Assembly: GCA_964035545.1 (NCBI GenBank)
Contig: OZ037773.1
Location: forward strand, 10,693,751 to 10,757,750
From: Bugula neritina
Lineage: Eukaryota; Animalia; Bryozoa
Direction: 5' to 3'
DNA length: 64,000 bases
Positions 38,693 to 50,039 of this stretch are shown here, piece after piece; positions within the stretch are counted from its first letter, which is position 1; each line of letters starts with the position of its first letter. The translations under genes and the position numbers were made by a program. Under the pieces are notes generated by a model that did not search any database, was not told where the DNA came from, and worked only from the letters and a program-made list of their open reading frames with translations.

Positions 38693-38963
38693 TGTAGTAA
38701 GGACGTAATGCGCGCGTCCCCCGTATTCCTTCAGCCTATCCAAGTGCGTCACGTGATAGGCCTCAGTTAGTAGTAGTTTTGCAGTAGAGAGAGCGTGCTA
38801 ACTAAGCGAAGATGTAATCTCTAGTCGGTGTACGTGCTGTATCTTTTATATAATTAGTAGTAAATAAACTTGGAAGCTTTTACCTAAATACTTTATTGCT
38901 GTAGATAAATAGACATAATTACAAGCTAGGAACCCACGCATAGTAGTTACACAAATTACTACA
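38693..38963 (+). repeat. 5' LTR (271 bp) of a Gypsy element
   Basis: TG...CA ends with a perfect 8-bp inverted repeat TGTAGTAA/TTACTACA; internal TATA-like and AATAAA motifs; immediately followed by a PBS. Confidence 0.85.
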
Positions 38964-38964
38964 G

Positions 38965-38983
38965 TGGTGGCAGCAGTGGGATT
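38965..38983 (+). other. Primer-binding site complementary to the 3' end of tRNA-Leu
   Basis: TGGTGGCAGCAGTGGGATT, 1 nt after the LTR end; complementary to ...AATCCCACYGCTGCCACCA-type tRNA-Leu 3' ends. Confidence 0.75.
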
Positions 38984-39024
38984 TCTAGCTACTGTATGAG
39001 AACAATGAGAAGTATTAGAACATC

Positions 39025-42000
39025 ATGGACGAGGGAGTAACTTCAATGGAAGGAGGTGAGCAGAACATTATTATAGGCCCTCTCGGAGCTGGAGAGGAGG
39101 TATATAGGAACATGTTGGAGGTTCCCGTGTTCACAGGCTGCGAGGATATTGAACAATTCGTTCAAGAATTCCGTGAAACTGCCGCCATTGCAAGATGGCC
39201 GCCAAGAGTAACTCTTACAAAACTGCGGATGGCACTGACGGGAGAAGCCAAGCCGTACGGGTGGAAGCCTAGCATAAACGGGATCATTGCTACACTACGG
39301 GCCCGTTTTGGCATGCCCGTTGCCGTCGCCAAGTCCAGACTGCGAGGATTACTCCGCAAGACATGTACACCGCTTTCTGACCACGCCACTCTGGTGCAGA
39401 GACTGGCACGGACCGCGTATAGCGATCTGCCAGAAACACACAGACGGCACTACACATTCGAAGCCTTTGTACAGTCTCTCAATTCTTTGGACTTCCACCA
39501 CCAGTTACAAGCCAAGGGAGTGACCACAATTGAGGCTGCAATCCAAGAGAACAAGGCCTACGCTGGAGCCGAACGACTCTATAAAACGGAAGAGGCCACG
39601 CCCCAGCCCTCTAGGGAACCAGACCATCCGGTCCGCATAGCTGCCGCGACCACTAAAACCCCCATAGAGACGGAGATAAGCCGCTTGATGACTAGACTGG
39701 GACAATTGGTGGCGACGATAACATACAACCACTCAAGGAAGAGCAAGAGGACGACAGCAAAACCCCCCAGACCCATGATGCGACGCTGGGAAAGCGGCAA
39801 TCAGGGGCACCGCCACCTGAGCGGCCCACGATTCAAACGGCAGCAGAAACCACAACCTCCCCGGAGACCCCCAGAGCTCCGCGGACACACACAGAGAGAA
39901 AAACGGGGTGGGTGTCGCCAAGAGCCCGTACGGGCCCAGCGACACACCCCCCGTCAATGGCAAACACCTCGCCGTACCAGCCAACCAGGTCGACCACGAG
40001 ACCCCTTCTCTCTGCCTCTCACCAACCGCTTCAGTCCGTTACCAGTAATGGAACAGATCAGCGAGGCCCCTCAGGGCATCGGGGAGGATCAGAACACCTC
40101 CCCGCAAGGAAACTCTCACCGGCCCCGCAAACCGCGGAACAAACGGGCACAGCCCCGTTCGGCCGAGACCGAGCACGCTGGGGGAATACGGGTACAACCT
40201 CACGGAGGCAGCTACTTCTTGCCAGGGAAGGTGGCCGGTAAAGCTGTCACCTTCCTGTTAGACTCCGGGTGTACCACTAATATCCTCAGCCGTCGGGTCT
40301 TCGACACCCTCCCTCTCAAGGAGAGGGGAGCCTTAGCTCCCTATACCGGGGAACCGGGCACCCTAGCTGACGGGTCACGGATTCCTTTCTACGGTATCAT
40401 AGAATTGGCTGGGCGCGTCCGCGACCAAGCCATTCAGGAAACCTTCGTCATCAGCCCACTGGAGGAAGATGCCATACTAGGGATGCCGTTCTTGAAGAGA
40501 CACGGGTGCCATATTGACTTTAGCAAGTCAGCCATGCTAATGGGCGGCAAAGAGCTCACCTGTGTCGACAAGTTCGGTCGTCCTCTAGCGGGAGGTGTGC
40601 AGGTAGTACGCAACTGTACTATACCCGGCCGCTCCCGGGCTACCGTTCACTGCAGAGTGAACAATAGCCAACTCTCGGGGCTAGGGGTTGTCGAAGGTGC
40701 GCACTCTAGAATCCAACTCGCCAGCAGTCTTAACCGGCTGACTGACCGAGGAGAGATCTTGGTGCAGTGTGTCAACCCCTTCTCCGAAACGGTACAATTA
40801 CCGTCAGGATCCATGCTGGGTCGATTCCACTCCATCCAGGAGGAGGATGTAGGGCCGTCGCTGGGAGCTGCGACGGAAGGTCCCCAACAGAGCCCGTCAG
40901 TTAGGCGGGGGACCGTCCCATCACACGTCAAAGAGCTATACCAGGCAGCGTGTAACGGCTGCACGGGCAACGTGGAACGCCAGACTATGGCTCAGTTGCT
41001 ACGTGATTATAGCGACGTGTTCAGCAGTGGGGACCATGACGTCGGCCTGACCACAGCCGTCCGTCATGAGATACCGCTGGCTGCAGGGACTACCCCTATT
41101 CGGCAGCCCACCAGGAGGCTGGGACCCGAGAAGGAAAAGGAGGTAAGCCAACAAGTCCGGGATCTTTTGGACCGCGGCCTCATCGAGCCAGCACATAGTG
41201 CGTGGAGTTCACCGGTCGTTCTGGTCCGAAAGAAAGACGGCAGTTGGCGGTTCTGTGTGGATTATCGCAAGCTCAATAGCGTGACCATACAGGACGCCTA
41301 CCCCTTACCCAGGATCGACGAATCTCTGGACGCCTTAGCCGGCAGCAAGTACTTCAGTACGCTAGACTTGTTGAGCGGCTATTGGCAGGTTCCCCTCAGC
41401 CCAGACGCCCAGGAGAAGGCGGCGTTCATCACGCGGGACGGCTTATGGAAGTGGAAAGTCCTCCCCTTCGGACTGACTTCCGCCCCCGCCACGTTCCAGA
41501 GGCTCATGGAACAGGTCCTCAGTGGACTCCACTGGAAGACACTGCTAGTATACCTCGACGACGTCATCGTGATCTCCCCAGACTTTCAGACGCACGTCAG
41601 CCGTCTGCGGGAGGTCTTCGATCGACTCCGAGGCGCCAATCTGAAGCTCAAACCCTCCAAGTGCGCTCTCTTGCAGCCAGAGGTGAAGTACCTGGGGCAC
41701 ATCGTCGGCCGCCACGGCGTGGCGACGGATCCTGAAAAGGTACGAGCTATAGAAGATTGGGTAACCCCCCAGGATTTGACCGGGCTGCGGGCTTTCCTGG
41801 GGCTGGTAGGGTATTACAGGCAATACATACCAGACTTTGCGGGGGTAGCGCAGCCGTTAAACCGGCTCACCGCAAAGGGGGTGACCTGGCAGTGGACTCC
41901 CGTCGAACAGAGAGCGTTCGACTGCCTCAAAGGCCGCCTGCTGGAGGCCCCTATCCTGGCCTATCCAGACCCTGCCCTGGAGTACATCCTCGATACTGAC

Positions 42001-44484
42001 GCCAGTGACCAAAATGTCGGCGCTGTGCTGTCCCAGGTGCAGGAGGGCCGCGAAGTAGTCGTGGCCTACTACAGTAAGTCTCTCTCGCCCACTGAACGAA
42101 ATTACTGCACTACCCGAAAGGAATTGCTGGCAGTAATCAAGTCGGTGAAGCATTTCAGACCTTATCTATACGGCAGGAAGTTCCGCTTGCGGACCGACCA
42201 CGCCTCCTTGATTTGGTTATGTAAGAGAGCAGAACCGTCCAGCCAAGTCGCCCGATGGCTCGAGGTCCTAGCTGAGTTCTCTTACCGGATCGAGCACCGA
42301 CCCGGTAAGAAACACGGCAATGCTGATGGACTGAGCCGGCGACCGGACGAGGGGTGTAAACAGTGCCTCAACATCGAGAAGAGGGACGGAGGTCCTCCAA
42401 AATCCGAGTTGAGAGCACTGAACCACTCTGAAACGGAGTATGACTGGGACCAGGGTCAACTCCTACAGAAGGCCGCTACGCCCCCGGAGGCTATCCAACG
42501 CCTCCGTGCCAATCCTGTCTTGGCTGATAACGTTAGGGAGCTACGAAGACTCCAGGAGGACCTCCCTGGAGTGGTAGCCGACGTATATCGTGCCAAAAAG
42601 GAGGGGCGACGACCCAGTGAAGAACAACTGCGGCAGGGATGCACCGAGTTACGGTCGTACTGCCAACGTTGGGACTCCCTGCGGATCGGGCCAGATGGTC
42701 TGCTGACCATCACAGTGGCTGCTCACAACAACCAGTACGGCAGGAAGAGGGTGATCTGCCCAGCCGCCATACGCCGGGAGTTAGTATGGGACACCCACAA
42801 GCAAGCCCACGCCGGGGCGAGCAGGGTGCTCTCCAAGTTACGACTCCGGTGGTACTGGCCCGGCATGGAGCGTGAGGTGCGGCGTAGAGTCAAACAATGC
42901 GAAATCTGCCAGGCCAGCAAGCATGGCCGTCTCCCTGGTGAAGCGGGACGGCGAAGGTTATATGCTGGAAGGCCGTGGCAGGTGGTAGCTATCGACCTAG
43001 TCGGACCCATGCCCGTCACCCCCAGAGGAAACAGTTGGATCCTAGTATTAACCGACCACTTTACACGGTGGGCGGATGCCCTGGCTATTCCAGATGCGTC
43101 CGCCCCCACAGTGGCCAGGGTGCTGGATCAAAATGTATTCTGCTATCTTGGACTACCTGAGCAAATACATTCGGACCAGGGGGCTCAATTCCAGTCCCAA
43201 CTGTTGAGCGACCTCTGCCGCCTCTGGGGAGTAAACCAAAGCAGGACCACCCCGTACCATCCTCAGGGCAACGGGGTGGTGGAACGCAACAATCGCATGT
43301 TGGGCGATGCACTGCGCAGTCTGCTCCTCGGCCGGGGTCAGGAGGAGTGGGATACGGTACTGCCGCAAGTCATGCGGGCCTACCGTAGTACACCACACAC
43401 CAGTACGGGGGAAACCCCTAACCTCCTGATGCTCGGTCGAGAGACGCGAGTGCCTGACCACCTCACATACCACATCCCAGAGCAGGACTATACCATCCAC
43501 GAGTATGCCAGTAAATTGATAGAGGACCTGAGGGCCGCACACGAAATACTGCGGGCGAAGCAGTGGCAGGTACGGCGAGAGGACTCTCAGGAACCACCTC
43601 TCTATCGAACTGGGGACTGGGTGTGGATGGTCAACTACCGTAGGCGTCGAGGACAAGCGGCTAAGCTCCAGCCTAAGTTTGTGGAACCCTACGTAGTAGT
43701 TGAGGCTATGCCCAATCATACGTACAAGTTGGAGCGATCTGGACAGGTCTCTGTCCAGAACGAAACCCGCTTGAAACCGTATTGGGCTAGCCCAGGAGCA
43801 GCAGGAGCAGCCCCCCCGTTGTTGGAGCCCAGGAGGCAGACAGTAACGCGTGGGCGGCAACGGCATGGACCCGAGTACGAAGTGGTCGTGCCGCGGGGAG
43901 AGGACTTGGTGAGGCAGGAGACGCCACTCCCACCAACGGAAGTGCGCCCACCGCCCCCAGTACCAAGTCTACCCCCACCACTTCCGGTTCCGCATCCGCG
44001 TCCGGAAGTGCAAAACCCCCCCGTGGGAGGGGCTCCATCTGGAGACAACAGCGGAGAGGGGAACACCACCACCAACGGCGGGCCAGAAACACCACAGGTG
44101 GAGCAAAATAGCCCACCAGTGAGTACGCCGCCCCAACCAACAGCTACAACTCCCTCTCCAGCTGATACGTCACCTCCCCTGGAACGGGGACAGCGTACTA
44201 GACAACCCCCAGCATACCTTCAAGACTACATATGTGACCGTGTTACAAACGGCAGTTATGAAAGTCTAGCTGGGCGCCGTACGGAAGGACTGGCAGCAAA
44301 GCGTGGGAGTTGTGAACACCACGGAAATCTCAACTTTTGCGAAGGCGGAGTAGTAAACAAAACTACTACGCCCGGGGCAAATAGTTCCAGCCGTGCGCAA
44401 CAACCACGCTGCCCAGTCTTTTCGTACGCTGACGTTGTCAAGGGAAGACGCATTCAAACTCAATCCACGGACATCCAAGCTTGA
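39025..44484 (+). CDS. Gag-Pol polyprotein, 1819 aa
   Basis: Protease LLDSGC; RT LPFGL and YLDD; RNase H DTDASD..E..TDH; integrase H-x4-H..CEIC zinc finger and D(IDLVGP)-D(SDQG)-E(VERNNR). Confidence 0.95.
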   Translation: MDEGVTSMEGGEQNIIIGPLGAGEEVYRNMLEVPVFTGCEDIEQFVQEFRETAAIARWPPRVTLTKLRMALTGEAKPYGWKPSINGIIATLRARFGMPVAVAKSRLRGLLRKTCTPLSDHATLVQRLARTAYSDLPETHRRHYTFEAFVQSLNSLDFHHQLQAKGVTTIEAAIQENKAYAGAERLYKTEEATPQPSREPDHPVRIAAATTKTPIETEISRLMTRLGQLVATITYNHSRKSKRTTAKPPRPMMRRWESGNQGHRHLSGPRFKRQQKPQPPRRPPELRGHTQREKRGGCRQEPVRAQRHTPRQWQTPRRTSQPGRPRDPFSLPLTNRFSPLPVMEQISEAPQGIGEDQNTSPQGNSHRPRKPRNKRAQPRSAETEHAGGIRVQPHGGSYFLPGKVAGKAVTFLLDSGCTTNILSRRVFDTLPLKERGALAPYTGEPGTLADGSRIPFYGIIELAGRVRDQAIQETFVISPLEEDAILGMPFLKRHGCHIDFSKSAMLMGGKELTCVDKFGRPLAGGVQVVRNCTIPGRSRATVHCRVNNSQLSGLGVVEGAHSRIQLASSLNRLTDRGEILVQCVNPFSETVQLPSGSMLGRFHSIQEEDVGPSLGAATEGPQQSPSVRRGTVPSHVKELYQAACNGCTGNVERQTMAQLLRDYSDVFSSGDHDVGLTTAVRHEIPLAAGTTPIRQPTRRLGPEKEKEVSQQVRDLLDRGLIEPAHSAWSSPVVLVRKKDGSWRFCVDYRKLNSVTIQDAYPLPRIDESLDALAGSKYFSTLDLLSGYWQVPLSPDAQEKAAFITRDGLWKWKVLPFGLTSAPATFQRLMEQVLSGLHWKTLLVYLDDVIVISPDFQTHVSRLREVFDRLRGANLKLKPSKCALLQPEVKYLGHIVGRHGVATDPEKVRAIEDWVTPQDLTGLRAFLGLVGYYRQYIPDFAGVAQPLNRLTAKGVTWQWTPVEQRAFDCLKGRLLEAPILAYPDPALEYILDTDASDQNVGAVLSQVQEGREVVVAYYSKSLSPTERNYCTTRKELLAVIKSVKHFRPYLYGRKFRLRTDHASLIWLCKRAEPSSQVARWLEVLAEFSYRIEHRPGKKHGNADGLSRRPDEGCKQCLNIEKRDGGPPKSELRALNHSETEYDWDQGQLLQKAATPPEAIQRLRANPVLADNVRELRRLQEDLPGVVADVYRAKKEGRRPSEEQLRQGCTELRSYCQRWDSLRIGPDGLLTITVAAHNNQYGRKRVICPAAIRRELVWDTHKQAHAGASRVLSKLRLRWYWPGMEREVRRRVKQCEICQASKHGRLPGEAGRRRLYAGRPWQVVAIDLVGPMPVTPRGNSWILVLTDHFTRWADALAIPDASAPTVARVLDQNVFCYLGLPEQIHSDQGAQFQSQLLSDLCRLWGVNQSRTTPYHPQGNGVVERNNRMLGDALRSLLLGRGQEEWDTVLPQVMRAYRSTPHTSTGETPNLLMLGRETRVPDHLTYHIPEQDYTIHEYASKLIEDLRAAHEILRAKQWQVRREDSQEPPLYRTGDWVWMVNYRRRRGQAAKLQPKFVEPYVVVEAMPNHTYKLERSGQVSVQNETRLKPYWASPGAAGAAPPLLEPRRQTVTRGRQRHGPEYEVVVPRGEDLVRQETPLPPTEVRPPPPVPSLPPPLPVPHPRPEVQNPPVGGAPSGDNSGEGNTTTNGGPETPQVEQNSPPVSTPPQPTATTPSPADTSPPLERGQRTRQPPAYLQDYICDRVTNGSYESLAGRRTEGLAAKRGSCEHHGNLNFCEGGVVNKTTTPGANSSSRAQQPRCPVFSYADVVKGRRIQTQSTDIQA

Positions 44485-44549
44485 ACGCTGAGTATGATTA
44501 CAAATACCGGGTTCTCAGGTAAGCTTGCTCTGAGCTAACATTTCCACTC

Positions 44550-45002
44550 ATGGAAACCAGTCTACCATCAGTCAGTTCTGATTTAATCGCCTTGATTGAA
44601 TCACAACTACTGGGGACTGAGTCTTACGTGAAAGGCGACGAGAACATAAAGATGGCCGACGATCTACTAGATCTGGAGCTTGACACTATGTCTCTCTGTC
44701 AGTCTACACGACACGAATCAGTCCCTCGAGTGCTATCTGTAAAGATGTATGACTCCCAGACTAGTAACAGTCGGTTGTCATCAGAATTATGGTGTAAAGA
44801 TCATATTCGATCTAACAGTAATTCTGCTCTTTTAGATACCGCTCTCTCTCCTCTCTCTGGTGACATGCCGTCACTAGAAATGGCTTGGAACGAGGAACCC
44901 GTTCCCACTACTCTTCCGGAGGCACTCCTACAACAATCATGCTGGGTTACAACAGATACAGAAACACTGATACGAGAGCACAAGGGGCTAGACTTAGTAT
45001 AA
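44550..45002 (+). CDS. Acidic 150-aa ORF downstream of pol, unknown function
   Basis: ATG-initiated, non-repetitive ORF 65 bp after the pol stop; no recognisable motif. Confidence 0.35.
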   Translation: METSLPSVSSDLIALIESQLLGTESYVKGDENIKMADDLLDLELDTMSLCQSTRHESVPRVLSVKMYDSQTSNSRLSSELWCKDHIRSNSNSALLDTALSPLSGDMPSLEMAWNEEPVPTTLPEALLQQSCWVTTDTETLIREHKGLDLV

Positions 45003-45081
45003 CTGTTAATGTTGATTAACAGTTAAATGCAAAATCACTATCAATTAAAATATCATTGTTAGACTTAGTGGTACAATAGGA

Positions 45082-48000
45082 ATGTGGATTAAACGGATCA
45101 GTATCGGGCAGTTTAGAGTTCATTCTCTCATTCCGATTTTATTAATTTTATCAAGTTCTTGCTTCTGCCTTGGTCTAACTGAGGCGTGGATTAGAAATAT
45201 CTATGAGGGCAAGTCTCTCAGCTCTACTAAGTACACTCCTGATTGGGACTCCATAGACTCAAGACCGCTACCTTCATGGTATGACAGCGCAAAGTTCGGG
45301 ATATTTATTCACTGGGGAGTGTTTTCTGTACCAAGCTATGATTCTGAGTGGTTCTGGTGGTATTGGCAAGGAACTTCTCCTAAGCCAGACGTTGTAAGTT
45401 TTATGGCAGGTAATTACCCACCAGATTGGACGTATGCAGACTTTGCAAGCCAATTTACTGCTGAAATGTACGACCCGAATCACTGGGCTGACTTATTCAA
45501 AGCCTCGGGTGCCAAGTAAGTTGCATTTACATCAAGTGTAGATGAAGTAAAGAAGTGGGAACCTTGTTAATAAAGTTACTTTCAAGAGTTACTAGTCTTC
45601 AGTGTAAAAGTGAACAATTATCATGGATACTACGTTATCATGCTGACAATATTTGCAAACTATGTGTTATAGTAATGAAAGAAATACTGCTAGTCTAGCA
45701 TATAGCTCTGACTGCGAGTAGTCTAGACTCTAGTACATATCTCTGACTAGTCTAGACTCTAGTACATATCTCTGACTATAGTGGGTCATATTTTCAGGTA
45801 CGTGGTTCTTACAAGCAAACATCATGAGGGGTTTGCAAACTAGCCTACAAAGTACTCCTTCAACTGGAACTCCATGGCAGTTGGCCCCAAGCGGGATCTA
45901 GTAGGTGAGTATTTTTACTGAGTAGGTAGCTAGTGCATCTAATAACTTTATTCGTGATCAGCTTATCCTGGCACTGGGTCACTAGCAGTATATTATATGT
46001 GTTTATATATGACGTGTTTATATATATGTGTTTATATACGTGTTTATATACGTGTTTATATATGTGTTTATATATGTGTTTATATATATGTGTTTATATA
46101 TGTGTTTATATATGTGTTGATATATGTGTTTATATATGTGTTTATATATGTGTTTATATATGTGTTTATATATGTGTTTATATATGTGTATATATATGTG
46201 TATATATATATGTGTGTTTATATATGTGTTTATATATGTGTTTAGGTGAGCTAGCCTCAGCTATAAGGAACAGAACTGATATAAAGTTTGGACTTCATCA
46301 CTCCATGTTTGAGTGGTTCAACCCTCTCTGGAAACTGGACAGTAGCTCCAAGTTTGCTACAAACTACTTTGTGCATGTGAGTATGTATTATATACTCTGT
46401 ACATGTGAGTATGTATTATATACTCTGTACATGTGAGTATGTATTATATACTCTGTACATGTGAGTATGTATTATATACTCTGTACATGTGAGTATGTAT
46501 TATATACTCTGTACATGTGAGTATGTATTATATACTCTGTACATGTAAGTATGTATTATATACTCTGTGCATGTGAGTATGTATTATATACCAACTACTA
46601 CTATTATATATCAATGTAATACAGGGAAAGACACTACCAGAGTTGTACGAGATTGTGAATATGTATAAACCAGAAATTATCTGGTCTGATGGAGATCCTG
46701 CCCCTTCCTGGTACTGGAATTCTACCGTCTTCTTGGCCTGGCTGTACAATGACAGGTGATGTAGTGGTAGTATAATGACAGGTGATGACAGGTGATGACA
46801 GGTAATGTAGTGGTAGTATAATGACAGGTGATGTAGTGGTAGTATAATGACAGGTGATGACAGGTGATGTAGTGGTAGTATAATGACAGGTGATGGCAGG
46901 TGATGTAGTGGTAGTATAATGACAGGTGATGACAGGTGATGTAGTGGTAGTATAATGACAGGTGATGACAGGTAATGTAGTGGCAGTATAATGACAGGTG
47001 ATGACAGGTGATGTAGTGGTAGTATAATGACAGGTGATGGCAGGTGATGTAGTGGTAGTATAATGACAGGTGATGGCAGGTGATGTAGTGGTAGTACAAT
47101 GACAGGTGATGTAGTGGTAGTATAATGACAGGTGATGACAGGTAATATATTCGTAGTATAATGACAGGTGATGACAGGTGATGTAGTGGTAGTATAATGA
47201 CAGGTGATGACAGGTGATGTAGTGGTAGTATAATGACAGGTGATGACAGGTGATGACAGGTGATGTAGTGGTAGTATAATGACAGGTGATGGCAGGTGAT
47301 GTAGTGGTAGTATAATGACAGGTGATGACAGGTGATGTAGTGGTAGTATAATGACAGGTGATGGCAGGTGATGTAGTGGTAGTATAATGACAGGTGATGA
47401 CAGGTAATATATTCGTAGTATAATGACAGGTGATGACAGGTGATGTAGTGGTAGTATAATGACAGGTGATGACAGGTGATGTAGTGGTAGTATAATGACA
47501 GGTGATGACAGGTGATGTAGTGGTAGTATAATGACAGGTGATGACAGGTGATGTAGTGGTAGTATAATGACAGGTGATGACAGGTGTGATATTGTTTTGC
47601 ACAGCCCAGTTAAAGACACTGTAGTGGTGAATGACAGATGGGGCAACGGTTGTGGCTGTAAACATGGAGGATACTATACCTGTGCTGATAGATATAATCC
47701 AGGTGATTCTTGTGCTACTTCCTCTCTCATTCATTTACTATATGGTTGGCTGGTGTTAATCAGGTCATGTGTTAGTCACTATATGATTGGCTGGTGTTAA
47801 TCAGGTCATGTGTTAGTCACTATATGATTGGCTGGTGTTAATCAGGTCATGTGTTAGTCACTATATGATTGGCTGGTGTTAATCAGGTCATGTGTTAGTC
47901 ACTATATGATTGGCTGGTGTTAATCAGGTCATGTGTTAGTCACTATATGATTGGCTGGTGGTAATCAGGTCATGTGTTAGTCACTATATGATTGTCTGGT

Positions 48001-49898
48001 GTTAATCAGGTCATGTGTTAGTCACTATATGATTGGCTGGTGTTAATCAGGTCACTTAGTCAACCACAAGTGGGAGAACTGTCTCACCATTGACAAGTAC
48101 TCCTGGGGATTCAGACGTAACTCTAACATAGAAGACTTCCTCTCTATTGAGGATCTGCTCAGTCAGTTGGCTTCCACGGTCAGCTGTGGTGGGAATATGC
48201 TACTCAATGTCGGCCCAACACATGATGGGAGGATAATTCCAGTGTTTGAGGAGAGACTGAGACAGATTGGTCAGTGGCTAGCTGTGAACGGAGAGGCCAT
48301 CTACTCAACAGTTCCATGGAAGATTGCTCAGAATGATACGCTTGCCAGCAGTGTGTGGTAAGGGTATGAGTTGTCACATCTCTCTCTCTCTGTAGGAGTT
48401 GTCACATCTCTCTCTGTAGGAGTTGTCACATCTCTCTCTCTGTAGGAGTTGTCACATCTCTCTCTGTAGGAGTTGTCACATCTCTCTGTGTAGGAGTTGT
48501 CACATCTCTCTCTGTAGGAGTTGTCACATCTCTCTCTCTGTAGGAGTTGTCACATCTCTCTCTCTCTGTAGGAGTTGTCACATCTCTCTCTCTGTAGGAG
48601 TTGTCACATCTCTCTCTCTGTAGGAGTTGTCACATCTCTCTCTCTCTGTAGGAGTTGTCACATCTCTCTCTCTGTAGGAGTTGTCACATCTCTCTCTCTG
48701 TAGGAGTTGTCACATCTCTCTATGTGTAGGAGTTGTCACATCTCTCTCTGTAGGAGTTGTCACATCTCTCTCTCTGTAGGAGTTGTCACATCTCTCTCTC
48801 TGTAGGAGTTGTCACATCTCTCTATGTGTAGGAGTTGTCACATCTCTCTATGTAAAGGAGTTGTCACATCTCTGTGTAGGTACACTGCTAAGAAGAATGC
48901 CGAGAGTATAACAGGATATGACATATACGCTATCGTGCTGTCCTGGCCGGAGGATAATGTGCTGGTGTTGGGAGCTCCCTTAGCCACCAGCTCTACTAGT
49001 GTTACTATGTTGGGGTACGGCGACCAGACACTGCAGTGAGTACACAATGAACTGTAGGCTACATACTGTATACTGTGTGATATACTATATACTGTGTGAT
49101 ATACTGTGTACTGTGTGATATACTGTGTGATATACTGTATACTGTGTGATATACTATATACTGTGTGATATACTGTATACTGTGTGATATACTGTATACT
49201 GTGTGATATACTATATACTGTGTGATATACTGTGTGATATACTGTGTGATATACTGTATACTGTGTGATATACTGTGTACTGTGTGATATACTGTATACT
49301 GTGTGATATACTATATACTGTGTGATATACTGTACACTGTGTGATATACTGTATACTGTGTGATATACTGTATACTGTGTGATATACTATATACTGTGTG
49401 ATATACTGTACACTGTGTGATATACTGTATACTGTGTGATATACTATATACTGTGTGATATACTATATACTGAGTAATATACTGTACACTGTGTGATATA
49501 CTGTATACTGTGTGATATACTGTATACTGTGTGATATACTATATACTGTGTGATATACTGTACACTGTGTGATATACTGTACACTGTGTGATATACTGTA
49601 TACTGTGTGATATACTGTATACTGTGTGATATACTATACACTGTGTGATATACTATATACTGTGTGATATACTGTATACTGTGTGATATACTATATACTG
49701 TGTGATATACTATATACTGTGTGATATACTATACACTGTGTTATATACTGTGTAGTTTAATAAATCATAGCCTGTGAATCTTGCTGCAGGTTGCAGAGGG
49801 GTGTCAATGGTATCAGAGTCAAGTTTCCTCACCTGTCTATTGATAAGTTGCCTTGCAAATGGGCCTGGGTTCTTAAGATGGTTAACCTTGGTAACTGA
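45082..49898 (+). pseudogene. FUCA: Alpha-L-fucosidase (GH29, FUCA1/FUCA2-like) with premature TAG in exon 2; exons 45082-45515, 45798-45904, 46246-46376, 46625-46755, 47605-47702, 48051-48357, 48880-49035, 49790-49898
   Basis: [49 protein letters not shown], nucleophile motif [34 protein letters not shown] at 45841-45843 replaces the conserved Trp of HHEGFxNWP. Confidence 0.88.
45998..49755. repeat. Fucosidase intronic arrays: 12 bp (45998-46243), 28 bp (46371-46590), TGACAGGTGA-based (46746-47586), 41 bp (47746-48054), ~25 bp (48368-48879), ~20 bp (49063-49755)
   Basis: Six of seven introns are almost entirely a single private array. Confidence 0.95.
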
Positions 49899-50039
49899 GG
49901 AACTCCGCAAGTACGTCCTACACAGATGCTTTGTCCACCAGCCAGGCATTAGCTAAGCTATGTTGACCAGCCAGTCATTAGCTCAGGCATCTACTTATAT
50001 TTCATCAATTCATGTGACACACATATATATCCTGTGTGC

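Larger units (their letters stand above)
38693..45002 (+). mobile_element. Ty3/Gypsy LTR retrotransposon, 3'-truncated (no PPT or 3' LTR found)
   Basis: LTR + PBS + single gag-pol ORF with domain order PR-RT-RH-IN; clearly more GC- and CpG-rich than the host DNA. Confidence 0.92.

Noticed and set aside
39162-44478. Many short antisense and alternate-frame ORFs inside gag-pol
   Set aside because: Expected by chance in GC-rich coding DNA; no motifs.
45841-45843. Stop-codon reassignment (TAG = Trp or Gln)
   Set aside because: TAG ends the C1orf198 homolog at its conserved C-terminus, TAA and TGA end other conserved genes, and TGG is used for Trp throughout.
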